Below, piece by piece: positions 61,962 through 64,000 of a stretch of DNA of 64,000 bases. The stretch's first letter is position 1. Every line of letters starts with the position of its first letter. Below the pieces are notes generated by a model. That model did not search any database, had not been told where the DNA came from, and worked only from the letters and a program-made list of their open reading frames with translations. This stretch comes from Candidatus Algichlamydia australiensis. Its GTDB lineage: Bacteria > Chlamydiota > Chlamydiia > Chlamydiales > JAJFMI01. The stretch is from contig JAXCHI010000002.1 of the NCBI GenBank assembly GCA_033977065.1, forward strand, positions 160,001 to 224,000, in the 5' to 3' direction. Both the position numbers and the translations under genes were made by a program.

Positions 61962-63170
61962 TCAAAAAGACCTTAATGCTTTGGCAATCGGCATTTTAGC
62001 AACACGGAAGCCGGCAAAAAATGAGGCGATCAGAGCTGCGACTACACTCATGGCCATAGTGTAGAAGACCATAGGCCATCCAAAGGTGAACGAGACGAGG
62101 AACTGTCTAGTCATGCCAGGACCAGGTGGCATCAAAATCCCCTTATCAACAAAGAGGGTTAAAATTATAGCGGATAGACCAATTCCCACGAGACTACCAA
62201 TTAGAGCTAGCATTGCACTTTCAGTAAGGAAGAGGCGCATAATAGAAAAGACAGACTCCCCATTAGCGCGCAAATTTCCAATCTCTTCCTTACGCTCTAA
62301 TACAGAAGTAGAAACGGTGTTGAAAATGCCTAAAAGAACAATAGATAAAATAATAATCTGTACAACTCTAAATTGCGCTTTAAGCCAATCTACCGAATGC
62401 TGGTAAAAGATTTTATCCAATTCAGCAAAAGAGGTTGCCTCTAAATTGGGGTAGGCCTCTTCTACCGTTTTTGCCACATGATCCCAGTCGCTCAAATCTC
62501 TTAAAGCAAGAGAGATAAGTTCAACTCGATTTGTTCTGACAAGTCTCTGTGCTCTGTTTAATTGGATACGAAATACACGGCTATCAAATTCGACAGAACC
62601 TGTATGAAAAATCCCTGTTACAACAAAATTTGCCTCATTTAAGAGGCCTTTTGCTGAAGTGGCAACAACCCTTACGCGATCACCGGGGGAAACACCCAAA
62701 GAGTTGGCAAGACCACGGCCAAGCAAAATCCCATTCGGCTCATCTGTAAGGAGCTTTCCCTCTTCAACATTCAAACTCGTAAAAAACTCTGCCTCTTTAG
62801 CTGCTTCAATTCCTTGCCCATAGCCACTTACTGTTGTATTGCCTTTTTTAAGCAGGGCAGAAAAATTGGCACGAGGAAATACCTGTTCTACGCCATCAAG
62901 CCGCAAAAGAAACTCTTCGACCTGACGACTGTTGAGAATCCAGTGACGAGTAGGGTCCTCATAAACTTTGTCGCGATACCCCTTAGTGTTTACCTGGCCA
63001 TAACCATACTGAGCGCGAATCGTATCCTCGCGATATTGCTCTAAAACGCCTGTAATAAACCCATCAAAGGAGAAAAGTGCACCTGCTCCCATAGCAATAG
63101 TAAGCAAAATGGCAAGCGTTCTGCGTACATTACGAAACAGATTGCGAAAAGCTAAGAAAAACCAGATCAT
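61962..63170 (-). CDS. FtsX/LolE-like ABC permease
   Basis: RNLFRNVRRT, SVLERKEEIGNLRANG, four-TM topology. Confidence 0.9.
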   Translation of the reverse strand: MIWFFLAFRNLFRNVRRTLAILLTIAMGAGALFSFDGFITGVLEQYREDTIRAQYGYGQVNTKGYRDKVYEDPTRHWILNSRQVEEFLLRLDGVEQVFPRANFSALLKKGNTTVSGYGQGIEAAKEAEFFTSLNVEEGKLLTDEPNGILLGRGLANSLGVSPGDRVRVVATSAKGLLNEANFVVTGIFHTGSVEFDSRVFRIQLNRAQRLVRTNRVELISLALRDLSDWDHVAKTVEEAYPNLEATSFAELDKIFYQHSVDWLKAQFRVVQIIILSIVLLGIFNTVSTSVLERKEEIGNLRANGESVFSIMRLFLTESAMLALIGSLVGIGLSAIILTLFVDKGILMPPGPGMTRQFLVSFTFGWPMVFYTMAMSVVAALIASFFAGFRVAKMPIAKALRSF

Positions 63171-63838
63171 GCAATTCTCCCATCGACAAGGTGAAAATTC
63201 ATTTCAGAATGCTTCTCTACCATCGGGTCGTGTGTAGAAACAATAATGGAACAGCCCCTCTCGTGTACAAGCTCCTGCATCAGTTCAACAATCCCTTCTC
63301 CCGTTTTTTGATCGAGACTAGCTGTAGGCTCATCAGCAATAATGACATCGGGTTTTTTTGCAATGGCCCTAGCGATTGCAACCCGCTGTTTTTGCCCTCC
63401 ACTTAGTTCAGAAGGCCGCTTTTTGCGTTGATCTTCGATACCTACAGCCTGCAGAGACTCTGTTACCCGTCTTTCAATCTCGTCGCGCGAAATTCCTTGC
63501 GAAGATAGAAAGTACATCACATTTTCCTCAACAGTCAAAACAGGAATGAGATGAAAGTGCTGAAAAATAAAACCCAAATGATACAAGCGCAATTCATTCT
63601 TCTTTTTCTCGCTCATCGATGAAATTTCGTCGCCTAAAAAATCGACACCCCCTTCTTGCACAGGCTCAATTAAACCTAAAATATTGAGAAGAGTAGATTT
63701 TCCCGATCCAGAAGGACCAGTAAACGTGATGAAAGAACCTTTTGGAATTGAAAGAGTTAAGTCGTGTAGGGCGGGAATCTTCTGTTTTCCAGCAATATAG
63801 GAAAAGTACAAATTTTTAATTAAATAAAGGTCTTCCAT
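63167..63838 (-). CDS. LolD/MacB-like ABC ATPase
   Basis: [32 protein letters not shown]. Confidence 0.95.
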   Translation of the reverse strand: MEDLYLIKNLYFSYIAGKQKIPALHDLTLSIPKGSFITFTGPSGSGKSTLLNILGLIEPVQEGGVDFLGDEISSMSEKKKNELRLYHLGFIFQHFHLIPVLTVEENVMYFLSSQGISRDEIERRVTESLQAVGIEDQRKKRPSELSGGQKQRVAIARAIAKKPDVIIADEPTASLDQKTGEGIVELMQELVHERGCSIIVSTHDPMVEKHSEMNFHLVDGRIA

Positions 63839-64000
63839 AATTAACTTAGTTATATATCATTGTATAAATAAAGTTAATTAAAGTAGCGAGATAAATAATC
63901 AAAATAAATTTCAGGCTCAGAGTCTTGCAAGAATTCTTTCACAAAAGACGCGTTTTTCTTCTTAACTTTTTTGCTATGGTAGAGGACTTCACCATTGGAG

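Overview
64-kb chromosomal segment of an environmental chlamydia (Chlamydiota). The taxonomy is inferred from chlamydia-type gene content and order: sucD-htrA-insulinase-nrdAB-pssA-rmuC, CT015/016/017-like genes, ssrA-ileS-lepB-CT021-like genes, a class Ic NrdB and an Lpg1974-type porin. A core region (1-26 kb) and the ileS-pyrG region (47-64 kb) flank an accessory stretch (~26.7-46.9 kb) that ends at the 3' end of tmRNA. That stretch carries a LysR-dabBA inorganic-carbon pump, a GH64-like glucanase plus porin pair, a SET protein, SulP, a TetR/flavin monooxygenase pair and two ankyrin paralogs. The most striking feature is a set of fold-back (long imperfect palindrome) elements with no transposase in the window. 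Five sequence families (A-E) are all 161-165 bp long, and family F is about 132 bp. Most are bounded by TA, and one has a provable TA target duplication inside an SDR gene. They stack next to each other, and divergent copies show compensatory base changes. Other notable items: a 117-bp duplicated pssA 3' end that differs almost only at synonymous sites, a frameshifted pyrG, a GC step inside nrdB, and paired NrdR boxes and a CIRCE-like operator. All calls come from reading the sequence; no database searches were run.
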